DNA from: a bacterium
Lineage (GTDB): Bacteria; Patescibacteriota; Minisyncoccia; Phycocordibacterales; UBA9973
NCBI GenBank assembly: GCA_021831595.1
Contig: JAKBMK010000025.1
Coordinates: 1-61,113 of the forward strand
Direction of reading: 5' to 3'
Length of the DNA: 61,113 nt
In this document: positions 19,139-28,814 of the stretch, one piece after another
Position numbering within the stretch: position 1 is the stretch's first letter
Layout of the letters: every line of letters starts with the position of its first letter
Notes under the pieces: model-generated
The model's input: only the letters and a program-made list of their open reading frames with translations
Databases searched by the model: none
Told to the model about the DNA's origin: nothing
Translations under genes and position numbers: made by a program

Positions 19139-20449
19139 ATGACAAGCAAAGAGAACAACAAGGAAATACTAAACGCGATTGAAGTCAAGAATATTTCAAA
19201 GAAGTTTACCATTCCGCACGACAAGGTTAGCACTCTGAAAGGAGCTTTTGTGAACCTTTTCAAAAAGAATAATTCCGAGATATTCTACGCCCTAAGCGAC
19301 GTCTCTTTTGAAATTAAAAAAGGAGAATTCTTTGGTATCATCGGGCGTAACGGCAGTGGCAAGTCCACACTGCTGAAGATCTTAGCCGGTATCTACAGGC
19401 CCAACAAGGGGGTAGTGAAGATAAACGGCCGGATCTCGCCATTCCTTGAGCTCGGCATCGGCTTTAATCCGGAACTTTCCGGACGCGACAACGTGTATCT
19501 AAACGCCACTGTCCTCGGACTGACCAAGAAGGAGATTGATAGGAAGTTTGACTCTATCGTTGCCTTCTCAGAGCTTGAGAGATTCATAGACCAAAAGCTC
19601 AAGAATTATTCTTCCGGTATGAACGTCCGCCTTGCCTTCTCTGTCGCCATCCATGCCAATCGTGATATACTCCTTATGGACGAAGTTCTCGCCGTCGGCG
19701 ATGCGAACTTCCAATCCAAATGTCTAGCCGAATTTGCTCACTACAAAGAAATGGGTAAGACCGTCGTACTCGTGACTCACGACATCAGCACAGTCCAGCG
19801 CTACTGCGACCGAGCAATGCTCGTACGCAATGGCCGGATAGAAATGATCGGCAACCCAGAAGAAGTCGGCAATGAGTACATTTACCAAAATATGTCCGAC
19901 GAAGAGAAGAGGATATATAGTGAGGAGAAAAGAAAAATAAACCAAGCCGAAGAAGATTTAGCCAGTCTTAAAGGGCAAGCACTTGAAAATGAATTAAAAA
20001 GAATTGAAGATGAAAAAATAAAATTAGAAGAAGAGAAAAAGAACAAAATAGCGGAAATTACCGAAGTAAAATTCTTAGATAAGGATGGCAAAGAAAAGAA
20101 TGTCTTTGAAACAGGGGAGGATATCACAATTAGAGTTTATTTTAAAAAACGTAAAAATATTGACAAATTAAACTTTGGTATTGCTCTTTTTAATCAAGAA
20201 AATAATTGTATATTTGGTACTAATACATTTATAAATAAAATAAATACCTCCCAAATGTTAAAAAATGGTTTTTTTAACATAAACTATAAAGGAGTATCAC
20301 TGAGAACAAATTCATACTACATTCAAGCTGGAATATGGGGTGATATAGTTACTGTCAATTATGACTTTTTATCAAAATCTAAAATATTTAAAGTGTTTAC
20401 GAAAGATCAGAACATAGGTATAATAAACATTAATCATAGCTGGAATTAA
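19139..20449 (+). CDS. wzt: Polysaccharide ABC transporter ATPase (Wzt) with C-terminal carbohydrate-binding-type domain
   Basis: GRNGSGKST, YSSGM, DEVLAVGD and a Wzt_C-like tail. Confidence 0.93.
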   Translation: MTSKENNKEILNAIEVKNISKKFTIPHDKVSTLKGAFVNLFKKNNSEIFYALSDVSFEIKKGEFFGIIGRNGSGKSTLLKILAGIYRPNKGVVKINGRISPFLELGIGFNPELSGRDNVYLNATVLGLTKKEIDRKFDSIVAFSELERFIDQKLKNYSSGMNVRLAFSVAIHANRDILLMDEVLAVGDANFQSKCLAEFAHYKEMGKTVVLVTHDISTVQRYCDRAMLVRNGRIEMIGNPEEVGNEYIYQNMSDEEKRIYSEEKRKINQAEEDLASLKGQALENELKRIEDEKIKLEEEKKNKIAEITEVKFLDKDGKEKNVFETGEDITIRVYFKKRKNIDKLNFGIALFNQENNCIFGTNTFINKINTSQMLKNGFFNINYKGVSLRTNSYYIQAGIWGDIVTVNYDFLSKSKIFKVFTKDQNIGIININHSWN

Positions 20450-20454
20450 TAAAA

Positions 20455-21114
20455 ATGAACGATTTAAAAAAATATTTTGAAAATAACTACAAAAGCCTAA
20501 TTCATAAATGGAATCATTATTTTGAAATATATGATAATCATTTTTCACGTTTTAGAGGTAAAAATATAACTATTCTTGAAATTGGAGTTTCGCATGGTGG
20601 GTCTTTGCAAATGTGGAAAGATTATTTTGGAGAAAAAGCCACTATTATAGGGGTTGATATTAATCCCGATTGCAAAAAACTTGAAGAGGATGGAATTAAA
20701 ATATACATTGGGTCTCAAGAGGATCGAGCATTTTTAAGAGATCTTAAATATAAAATACCAAAAGTTGATATTTTAATTGATGATGGTGGCCATACTATGA
20801 AACAACAAATCACAACTTTTGAAGAACTATATGATCATGTAAAAGATGATGGAGTTTATCTTTGTGAAGATTTACATACTTCTTATTGGGAAGAATATGG
20901 AGGAGGGTACAAAAAAGATGATTCTTTTATTGAATATAGTAAGAATTTTATTGATTATATAAACTCATGGCATTCACATTCTAAAAATGAATTAGATGTA
21001 AATTTTTTTACAGAATCAGCCAATTCTTTACATTATTATGACAGTATTTTAGTTATTGAAAAAAGAAAAAGAACCGAACCTTATCATGAAATGACAGGAA
21101 ATCCAACAATATAA
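20455..21114 (+). CDS. Class I SAM-dependent methyltransferase (glycan modification)
   Basis: ILEIGVSHGGSLQMW, IIGVDI, LIDDGGH and GVYLCED. Confidence 0.88.
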   Translation: MNDLKKYFENNYKSLIHKWNHYFEIYDNHFSRFRGKNITILEIGVSHGGSLQMWKDYFGEKATIIGVDINPDCKKLEEDGIKIYIGSQEDRAFLRDLKYKIPKVDILIDDGGHTMKQQITTFEELYDHVKDDGVYLCEDLHTSYWEEYGGGYKKDDSFIEYSKNFIDYINSWHSHSKNELDVNFFTESANSLHYYDSILVIEKRKRTEPYHEMTGNPTI

Positions 21115-21118
21115 AAAT

Positions 21119-24100
21119 ATGAACTGGGAATATTACAATCCAAAATTTGAATATGAAGAAATTTTTGAAGATTTATCTTGGCCATGGGCAGGGCATAAAT
21201 ACTTTGCGTATGATTTAATTTCTAACATTAAACCAAAAATTATTGTTGAACTTGGAACACATTATGGCACTTCGTTATGGTCATTCTCGCAAGCCGTTAA
21301 AGACCAAAAACTAAATACAGAGATTAATGCCATAGATACATGGAAGGGGGATAAACATGCTGGTTTCTATGGTGAGGAAATTTATGAAACAGTAAAAGAT
21401 ATAAAAAACAAATTTTATTCAGGAGTAAAAATTAATTTAATTAGAAAAACTTTTGATGAAGCCCTATCCGATTTTAATGATGATTCAATAGATATATTAC
21501 ATATAGATGGTTTACATACATATGAAGCTGTAAAACATGATTTTGAGAATTGGCTTCCAAAAGTAAAAAATAATGGAATTATTATTTTTCATGACACGGT
21601 TGTTTCAAGGGAAGATTTTGGAGTATATAAATTATGGAAAGAACTAAAAAAAACATATCAATCAATAGAATTTTTTCACTCATATGGTCTAGGCGTTTTA
21701 TTTAAAGATGAAAACAATTCAATTTTTGGGCTAAAAGAAGAATTAGAACTTCATTATGCATATTTATTGGAAGACATAGAAAATGGTAAAATTGTTAAGT
21801 TATTTAATGATTTAAATGAAAAAAATAAAATTATTGAAAAAAAGAATCAAGAAATTGAATCAAAAGAATCAATAATTCAAAAAAAAGATTTGGAAATTAA
21901 TTCTAAGATTTTTGAAATTGAGTTTATGAAATCGTCTAGATTCTGGAAAATAAAAACTTTTTATGAAAAATTTAAAAACCCGATTTTAAAAGCTATTAAA
22001 TTAATTAAAAAAGCTATAGTTATTTTGAAAAAAGATGGATTAATTATTTTTACAAAAAAAGTAATTAATTTTATTCTTAATTATAAAACAAACCGTAATA
22101 TTTTTTTAATGCCATGTTTAAATGTTAATAATATTTCCAATGAAATTTTTAATAAACAACAGAACGAATTTTCAAAAGAAGAAATAAAATTACAAATAAA
22201 AAATTTTTCTAAAAAACCACTTATCTCAATAATTGTTCCAGTATATAATACTCCGCCAATATGGCTGAGAAAGGCAATTGATTCTTTATGTAATCAGTAT
22301 TACGAAAATTGGGAGATATGTGCAGTTGATGATTTTTCTACCAATGATAAAACACGATTAATTTTAAAAGAATATGGCAAACTTGATCCGAGGGTAAAAT
22401 TTATTTTTTTAGGAGAAAATGGTGGTATTTCTAATGCGTCAAACATAGCCTTGGAAATGGCAAAAGGAGAATATGTTGCGTTGCTTGATCATGATGATGA
22501 ACTGACAAAAGATGCATTATTTTGGGTGGTTAAGGAGATAAATGATAATCCAACTGCTGATTTTCTCTATTCAGATGAGTGTAAAATAGATGATACCGAG
22601 GAAAGAAAATTATTTGATTTTTTCTTTAAGCCAGACTGGTCCCCAGAATTTTTGTTTAATTTTATGTATACAGGTCATTTTACTATTTATAAGAAAAAAT
22701 TAGTTAATGAAGTTGGAAATTTTCGTAGTGAATATGATTTCTCTCAAGATTATGATTTAGCTTTAAGATGTTCAGAAAAAGCTAAGAACATTGTCCACAT
22801 TGAAAGAGTTTTGTATTTATGGAGGGCAGTAGATGGTTCGGCTGCAAATGGTGGGAAAGATTATGCAAGAAAAACAAATATTGCTGCATTACAGGATTTT
22901 GCACATAGAAAAGGTTTACTTGCTCGTGCAACAATATTACCTAATGCCAATTATTTAAATATTATAAATAACATAAACAAAAAAATTTCAATAATAATAC
23001 CATCAGATTCAATTGATAATATTATTCGATCTATAGAAAATATAATTAAAAAAACAAATTACCCATTGTTTGAAGTAATAGTAGTTTGTAACTCTAATAT
23101 TAAAAATAATCTGGAACAAAAATATAAACAAAAAAATATAATTTTTAAACCATATGATAAGCAATTTAATTTTTCTGATAAATGTAATCAGGGAGCCCAA
23201 AAAGCCTTAGGGGATATATTAGTTTTTTACAATGATGATGTTGTACCTATTAATGATGATTGGTTAGTCAAACTTATTGAATATATAGATATAAATGGTA
23301 TTGGTGGAATATCTCCAAAGTTATTATATGAAGATGGCACTGTGCAATATGCTGGAATGACTACTAATAGCCTCCCTTTTTGTGGAACTTTTCTACATCA
23401 AAAAAATGAATCTGAAACGATGGTAAATTTATTAAGGAATGTTTCTATTTTAAGTGGAGCATGTTTGGCAATTAAAAAAAGTATTTTTTTTGAAGTGGGA
23501 GGATTTGATTCAATTAATACACCAGCGGGACATAGTGATTTGGATTTAAGTTTCAAAATAAGAGATGCTGGTTATAGATGTGTTTACACTCCTTATTCCG
23601 TTCTTTCTCACATAGGAAATCACTCTTGGCATATTAAAAAAGATAAGGCCGATATTTATGTATTAAGTAGGTGGGGTAAATATATATCAAATGACCCATA
23701 TTATACAAAAAGTATGCGTGCCACATATGAAGGTTATTTGCCCGAACAATTTGGTATTTTTTCAAAACAATCAGAATTTTTCAAAAAGAAATTTAATGTA
23801 CTAATAGTTATACACGAGCTAACAATTACTGGTGCTCCAATTATTGCATTTGATATAGCAAAAGCCGTATTAGAACTTGGTGGATACCCAGTGATGTATT
23901 CATATTCTGATGGACCGCTTCGTTTTGAATTAGAAAAATTAAATATACCCGTTATTGTTAATAATATTGCGAAACAAGATGAATTTAGTTTTATAAATTT
24001 TGCCAAAAATTTTGATGTTATAATAGCAAATACTGTTGTTACATATCCAGCTGTTCATATGATACAAGATATTGTACCAACAATATGGTATATACACGAA

Positions 24101-24862
24101 GCCCAAAACATTGAATCATTTTTTATTCCTTATTTTGACAATAATAAAATTAAATTAGAAGATACATTAAAAAATACCAGAGCCACCATTTGTGTTCCAA
24201 GTGAATATTCTTTGAATGTTGTTAAAAAATATAATAAAAATGTCCAATTATTTAGGTATGGTTTTAATGATTTGTATGATAAAGAAATTGATATAAAAAA
24301 AGATATACAGTTTAGTATCATAGGAACGATTGAAGACAGAAAAGCTCAAGATATTTTTGTTGAAGCAATATTATTAATGCCAGAAAAATATCAAAAGAAA
24401 GCAAAATTTAATATTATAGGTAATGATAAAACTTGTCTATCTTTTTCTCAGAAATTAAAAGAAAAAACTAAAAAAATACCATCAGTTGTTTGGCACGGAT
24501 TAATTTTAGATCAGAATAAAAAAAAGAATTTATTCATAAAAACCTCAATTTTAGTTGTGATTTCTCGTGATGATTGTGCTCCGTTGGTGGTTACTGAGGG
24601 AGCAGTATTAATGAAGCCATCAATTATTAGTACAAACGTTGGAACTTGTTTTCCTTTTGATAATGGAAAAACTGGTTTTATTGTTGAAACTGGTAATATT
24701 AAACAGTTAGCAGAAACGATGATGAATATTATTGATAATCCATCTATATTAAATTCTATGGGTGAAGAAGCAAGAAAAAGATATTTAGAAACATCAACTA
24801 TTGATTTATTTAGAAATAAGATCTTATCTTTAATAAAAGAAAAAACGAATTTAAAAATTTAG
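21119..24862 (+). CDS. Multidomain methyltransferase - coiled coil - GT2 - GT2 - GT4 protein
   Basis: VELGTHYG...HIDGLHTYEAVKHD, ISIIVPVYNT...LLDHDD, ISIIIP...FYNDD and VIHELTITGAP...GTIEDRKAQ. Confidence 0.9.
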   Translation: MNWEYYNPKFEYEEIFEDLSWPWAGHKYFAYDLISNIKPKIIVELGTHYGTSLWSFSQAVKDQKLNTEINAIDTWKGDKHAGFYGEEIYETVKDIKNKFYSGVKINLIRKTFDEALSDFNDDSIDILHIDGLHTYEAVKHDFENWLPKVKNNGIIIFHDTVVSREDFGVYKLWKELKKTYQSIEFFHSYGLGVLFKDENNSIFGLKEELELHYAYLLEDIENGKIVKLFNDLNEKNKIIEKKNQEIESKESIIQKKDLEINSKIFEIEFMKSSRFWKIKTFYEKFKNPILKAIKLIKKAIVILKKDGLIIFTKKVINFILNYKTNRNIFLMPCLNVNNISNEIFNKQQNEFSKEEIKLQIKNFSKKPLISIIVPVYNTPPIWLRKAIDSLCNQYYENWEICAVDDFSTNDKTRLILKEYGKLDPRVKFIFLGENGGISNASNIALEMAKGEYVALLDHDDELTKDALFWVVKEINDNPTADFLYSDECKIDDTEERKLFDFFFKPDWSPEFLFNFMYTGHFTIYKKKLVNEVGNFRSEYDFSQDYDLALRCSEKAKNIVHIERVLYLWRAVDGSAANGGKDYARKTNIAALQDFAHRKGLLARATILPNANYLNIINNINKKISIIIPSDSIDNIIRSIENIIKKTNYPLFEVIVVCNSNIKNNLEQKYKQKNIIFKPYDKQFNFSDKCNQGAQKALGDILVFYNDDVVPINDDWLVKLIEYIDINGIGGISPKLLYEDGTVQYAGMTTNSLPFCGTFLHQKNESETMVNLLRNVSILSGACLAIKKSIFFEVGGFDSINTPAGHSDLDLSFKIRDAGYRCVYTPYSVLSHIGNHSWHIKKDKADIYVLSRWGKYISNDPYYTKSMRATYEGYLPEQFGIFSKQSEFFKKKFNVLIVIHELTITGAPIIAFDIAKAVLELGGYPVMYSYSDGPLRFELEKLNIPVIVNNIAKQDEFSFINFAKNFDVIIANTVVTYPAVHMIQDIVPTIWYIHEAQNIESFFIPYFDNNKIKLEDTLKNTRATICVPSEYSLNVVKKYNKNVQLFRYGFNDLYDKEIDIKKDIQFSIIGTIEDRKAQDIFVEAILLMPEKYQKKAKFNIIGNDKTCLSFSQKLKEKTKKIPSVVWHGLILDQNKKKNLFIKTSILVVISRDDCAPLVVTEGAVLMKPSIISTNVGTCFPFDNGKTGFIVETGNIKQLAETMMNIIDNPSILNSMGEEARKRYLETSTIDLFRNKILSLIKEKTNLKI

Positions 24863-24876
24863 ATAAAACAAAAACA

Positions 24877-24958
24877 TAGCAAGAATCGTTTTTGCTACAA
24901 CTTACTACAATTTTTGACATTTTGGGGGAGAAATGACTCGCAAGAACCGTTCTTGCGA
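24877..24958. repeat. REP family A copies upstream of RAYT-1
   Basis: Degenerate TAGCAAGAATCGTTTTTGCTA (24877-24897) and perfect TCGCAAGAACCGTTCTTGCGA (24938-24958). Confidence 0.85.
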
Positions 24959-24987
24959 AAGGAAAACGAGATTGATATAATTAAATT

Positions 24988-25674
24988 ATGTTGAGAAAAG
25001 ATCCATTTATTACTGGTGAGTACTATCATATATATAACAGAGGAATAGACAAAAGAAATATATTTAAACTAGAAAGAGATTATGAGAGATTCATGATGCT
25101 TTTGTATGTTTCTAATTCTACTAATGAAAATTCTTTACGATTAGATGATCTTTTAAATAAACAGCATAAAAGTTTTAAAGAAGTTTTGATTTTAGATAAA
25201 GGTAAGCCACTAGTTTCTATAGGTGCTTGGTGTCTTATGACCAACCATTTTCATTTATTAGTTAGGCAAGAGGTAGACGGAGGGATAACTAAATTTATGA
25301 GAAAAGTGGGGGTAGGGTATTCAATGTTTTTTAATATTAAATATCATAGGCAGGGAGCCTTGTTTGGGGGGCTCTTCAAATCTAAATTAATTGGTAAGAA
25401 TGATAATTATTTAAAAATGCTTTTGGCATATATTCATTTAAATTCACTTGAGATAAATTTCCCAGATTTAGAAAATAAAAAAGGGGAGTATAAAGAGGAT
25501 GAAATGAAAGAATTTTTGGATTCATATCGGTATTCTAGTTATAGGGATTATATGGGAATTAATAGAACAGAGAAGAGTATTTTAAACAGAGAATCTTTCC
25601 CGGAATATTTTCATACAGATCAATCCTTCATTGAATTTGTGGAGAATTTTTATCTTTATAAACAACAGCACTAA
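24988..25674 (+). CDS. REP-associated tyrosine transposase (RAYT-like Y1/HUH) #1
   Basis: YHIYNRG, WCLMTNHFHLL (HUH), YIHLN (catalytic Tyr) and YSSY. REPs flank it on both sides. Confidence 0.9.
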   Translation: MLRKDPFITGEYYHIYNRGIDKRNIFKLERDYERFMMLLYVSNSTNENSLRLDDLLNKQHKSFKEVLILDKGKPLVSIGAWCLMTNHFHLLVRQEVDGGITKFMRKVGVGYSMFFNIKYHRQGALFGGLFKSKLIGKNDNYLKMLLAYIHLNSLEINFPDLENKKGEYKEDEMKEFLDSYRYSSYRDYMGINRTEKSILNRESFPEYFHTDQSFIEFVENFYLYKQQH

Positions 25675-25890
25675 TCTTTCTAACCTTTCGCAAGAACCGT
25701 TCTTGCGACAAAAATCTTTCTAACCTTTCGCAAGAACCGTTCTTGCGACAAAGTTCTTGCGACAAATAAAAAGAAAAGGGCTCCTTAGGTAGTTAACCGT
25801 TCGGATCTCTCTTCGTATTGATATGGGTATTATATATCTTTGTGGTGCTACGGACTCGCAAGAACCGTTCTTGCGACAATCTTGCGACAA
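25673..25890. repeat. REP family A cluster downstream of RAYT-1
   Basis: A 40-bp tandem duplication (25673-25712 and 25713-25752) in which each unit contains TCGCAAGAACCGTTCTTGCGA, another copy at 25856-25876, and half copies. Confidence 0.9.
25768..25836 (-). ncRNA. Candidate small RNA, orphan copy of the NYN-linked motif
   Basis: Minus strand: TATAAT-N-ATATCAATACGAAGAGAGATCC...GGAGCCCTTTTCTTTTT, homologous to 29322-29391. Confidence 0.5.
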
Positions 25891-25940
25891 CAAAGGCAAG
25901 ACCTTTGCACGGACAGCAAATTGCAAAGGTCTTGCCTTTG
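25891..25940. repeat. REP doublet family B (left inverted copy)
   Basis: CAAAGG-CAAGA-CCTTTG ... CAAAGG-TCTTG-CCTTTG, the exact reverse complement of 27001-27050. Confidence 0.92.
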
Positions 25941-25946
25941 CGTCTA

Positions 25947-26906
25947 TTAAGTTTTTATTAGATAAGTTCTTCCTTTGAATATACGATACAGGAATATCAA
26001 GAAGTTGATGATGGATACTCCCACTACGTCCAAGAAAGATAAAGCCCAGCCGATGTAAGCAGGGAGGAAGAGCTTCTTGGTCTTGATAGACTTTTTGAAG
26101 TTTGATCTACTTGTTTTTGTATCTCCTCCTAAGAAATACATGATCCCAAGGCGGAAGTATCCTACGTGGACATAGTTGTATTTTGAATAAAGATCATAAT
26201 GCTTTTGGAAGACGTATTCGGCGTCTTTCACTTTTATCAGCTTGTCCTTTGATGCCTTTGTGATGTTATTCTCATGAAAATAATAGTTGAACAATGGCTC
26301 GTTTATAAAAGTTATATTGTAGCCAAGGCTCATGACCCGTATCCACATATCCCAATCCTCCGAATATTTCATTCGTTCGTCTCTCTTGCCAACAGCGTAG
26401 GCGACTTCGCTTTTCATTAGTACACTGCTGTTGCTGTATATTGGGTTCCTTAGCAGAATTTCTGGGATCGCGACTTTTTCATTGATAGGATTATAAATGC
26501 TAAAGCAGTTGCCTTTGTCATTTATCAAGTTAGCTCCGCAGGAGACAATGCAAAGCTTCTCGTCTTTGGATTCTTCAAAAGCTTTTAATTGTTTTGCCAG
26601 CTTCTCGGGTAGCCACTCGTCGTCGTGGTCTAAGAATGCGATGTACTGGCCCACGGCGCGCTCTACTCCTACATTTTTAGGAGTGGCGGGGCCACCGGAG
26701 TTTTGAGATGTTTGCAAGAGTTTGATCCGTGGATCTTGCCTGATGAATTCGCCGATCAATTCTGTCGTATTGTCAGTAGAGTGGTCGTCCACTATCAAGT
26801 ATTCCCAGTCTGTAAATGTTTGAGCGCGGACGCTCTCAACTGTCCTCTTTATGAAAAGGGAGCTGTTGTAAGTCGGTGTGATGATGGATACTTTAGGGTT
26901 GTTCAT
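25947..26906 (-). CDS. GT2 family glycosyltransferase
   Basis: VSIITPTYN, VDDHSTD, FLDHDDEW and SEDWDMW. Confidence 0.93.
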   Translation of the reverse strand: MNNPKVSIITPTYNSSLFIKRTVESVRAQTFTDWEYLIVDDHSTDNTTELIGEFIRQDPRIKLLQTSQNSGGPATPKNVGVERAVGQYIAFLDHDDEWLPEKLAKQLKAFEESKDEKLCIVSCGANLINDKGNCFSIYNPINEKVAIPEILLRNPIYSNSSVLMKSEVAYAVGKRDERMKYSEDWDMWIRVMSLGYNITFINEPLFNYYFHENNITKASKDKLIKVKDAEYVFQKHYDLYSKYNYVHVGYFRLGIMYFLGGDTKTSRSNFKKSIKTKKLFLPAYIGWALSFLDVVGVSIINFLIFLYRIFKGRTYLIKT

Positions 26907-27000
26907 TCTAGTGCGTTGTTGTTCTACTCATTCTTAATATTCTTTGGCAAACATATCAGCATTCTAGCATAAATAAAGGGCATACGGCAGGGTAAAGCCA

Positions 27001-27050
27001 CAAAGGCAAGACCTTTGCAATTTGCTGTCCGTGCAAAGGTCTTGCCTTTG
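27001..27050. repeat. REP doublet family B (right inverted copy)
   Basis: Exact 50-bp reverse complement of 25891-25940. Confidence 0.92.
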
Positions 27051-27082
27051 TGGGTTATTCTATTTGTATCAAAAGCTTGCCT

Positions 27083-27129
27083 TAATCGTATCATAATGAT
27101 ACGATTAGAGCATATAAATGATACGATTA
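27083..27129. promoter_or_regulatory. Palindromic operator upstream of the wHTH-Fic gene
   Basis: TAATCGTATCAT-A-ATGATACGATTA (27083-27107) plus a third half-site at 27118-27129. Confidence 0.65.
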
Positions 27130-27143
27130 AATATATGAGGGAT

Positions 27144-28187
27144 ATGAGTAAAAGACAAATTAATATATTAGAAAAGTTTCCAGAAGAAGGGAAGATTTCA
27201 TCTTCCGATATTTTAAAAATTTTAGGAGAGAAAGTGTCCTTAATTACGATCAAAAGAGATTTAGAGAGTTTGGTTGTACTAAAGTATTTAGAGAGAAAAG
27301 GAAAGGGTAGATCTACTGTATATGAAAAGACTACCTTAGGAATGTTGCTATCCCCAGTAGATGCTTCCAAGTATAACGCAGTAGACCCCGATGTTCGGAA
27401 TGGAAGAGATAGTTTTAATTTTTCTCTGTTTGAAAATTTTCCTAAAGATGTCTTCATGAGTGATGAAAAAGAATCTCTAGATAATGCGACAAAAAAATAT
27501 CAAAAAAATATTAAAAATATAAGTCAGACAGTACAGTTTAAAGAATTAGAGAGGTTTGTCATAGAACTGTCTTGGAAGTCTTCAAAAATTGAAGGGAACA
27601 CATACACCTTGCTAGATACAGAGAAGCTTATCCGTGAAGGCATTCCCGGAGAAGGACGTACCAAAGATGAAACGACGATGATACTTAATCATAAAAAAGC
27701 TTTTTCTTTTATTATGGATAATCTGGGTGACTTGCATAAAAATGGTGTCAACCTAAAATTCATAGAAAAAGTTCACGAATTACTGACTTCTGGACTAGGG
27801 GTTTCAAGGGGTATCAGGAATGGTTTAGTGGGTGTTATCGGTACTAAATACAAACCACTTGATAATAAGTATCAGATAAATGAAGCGCTAGAGACTCTTT
27901 ATAAGAGAGTGAATCAAATGCAGAATGTGTACAGTAAGGCTTTAACTCTACTTGTTGGAATTTCATATATCCAACCCTTTGAAGATGGGAACAAAAGGAC
28001 TGCTCGTTTGCTTTGCAATGCTATCCTTTTGTCTTTAAAGTGTGCTCCATTGTCGTATCGCAGTGTAGATGAGAATAATTATAGGGAATCCATTCTTGTT
28101 TTTTATGAGAAAAATTCTTTGGTGCCAATGAAAAAAATATTTATAGATCAATATATTTTTTCAACGGAGAACTACTTAGTTAAGTAG
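27144..28187 (+). CDS. wHTH plus Fic domain protein
   Basis: TIKRDLESL...KGKGRSTVY, SWKSSKIEGN and the Fic-like motif QPFEDGNKRTAR. The start is at 27135 or 27144. Confidence 0.88.
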   Translation: MSKRQINILEKFPEEGKISSSDILKILGEKVSLITIKRDLESLVVLKYLERKGKGRSTVYEKTTLGMLLSPVDASKYNAVDPDVRNGRDSFNFSLFENFPKDVFMSDEKESLDNATKKYQKNIKNISQTVQFKELERFVIELSWKSSKIEGNTYTLLDTEKLIREGIPGEGRTKDETTMILNHKKAFSFIMDNLGDLHKNGVNLKFIEKVHELLTSGLGVSRGIRNGLVGVIGTKYKPLDNKYQINEALETLYKRVNQMQNVYSKALTLLVGISYIQPFEDGNKRTARLLCNAILLSLKCAPLSYRSVDENNYRESILVFYEKNSLVPMKKIFIDQYIFSTENYLVK

Positions 28188-28254
28188 GAAATATAATTTG
28201 GCTAATAATACAACAGGCGGAGGCGTAAGCCTCCGCCTGTTGTATATGTATTTT

Positions 28255-28461
28255 CTAATGCGTAAAGATTATTATTATCGTCCTTAGTATTATCCCAAAG
28301 TCGATGAAGATATTTCTATTTTTTATATAATACAAATCATACTCAAATTTTTCTTTTGAGCTCTCGATCGTGTTTGCATAGCGGTACTTGATCTGGGCCC
28401 AGCCGGTGAATCCTGGGCGGATGATATGGCGGAGGTTGTAGTGGGGGATGGTCTCGGACAT
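28255..28461 (-). pseudogene. Duplicated 3' end of the sugar transferase gene
   Basis: The last 64 aa match those of 29421-30716 at all but one residue. Confidence 0.9.
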
Positions 28462-28519
28462 ATGGGTATTCTAGCATAAATAAGGGGGATACGGCAGGGC
28501 AGAGCAGGGTAGCACTCTG

Positions 28520-28712
28520 CAAAGGTCTTGCCTTTGTCGATGCGCAAGGACGGTCCTTGCGATTAATGAAGCAGGGCAAAGCTTTGCTTTGCCCTGCCGG
28601 TCTCTGTATTAACTAATGTGGCATTTTTGTTAATACTATGTTTCTAGTGTAAACCAAAACGCCATGTTGGTTTACACTTTGTCGATGCGCAAGGACCGTC
28701 CTTGCGCATCGA
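28520..28712. repeat. Cluster of REP families B and C plus other palindromes
   Basis: B at 28520-28536, C at 28543-28561 and 28682-28712, and other hairpins at 28571-28597 and 28646-28678. Confidence 0.88.
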
Positions 28713-28814
28713 TATGAGCGTATATATCAGCCTTGTTGGTAAAATTATACAATGGTTTTATGTTTTGTAAATTTTTTGTTTGTCTTTTTGTTTTTTATTT
28801 GAGATAATATAAAT

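Noticed and set aside
24988-25674. IS200/IS605 element with TnpB or a guide RNA
   Set aside because: There is no tnpB. The protein length, the NRG motif and the multiple flanking REPs fit a RAYT.
25673-25890. Repeated palindromes resembling a CRISPR array
   Set aside because: The units are identical tandem duplications with no unique regular spacers. There are no cas genes, and the same motif is dispersed elsewhere as a REP.
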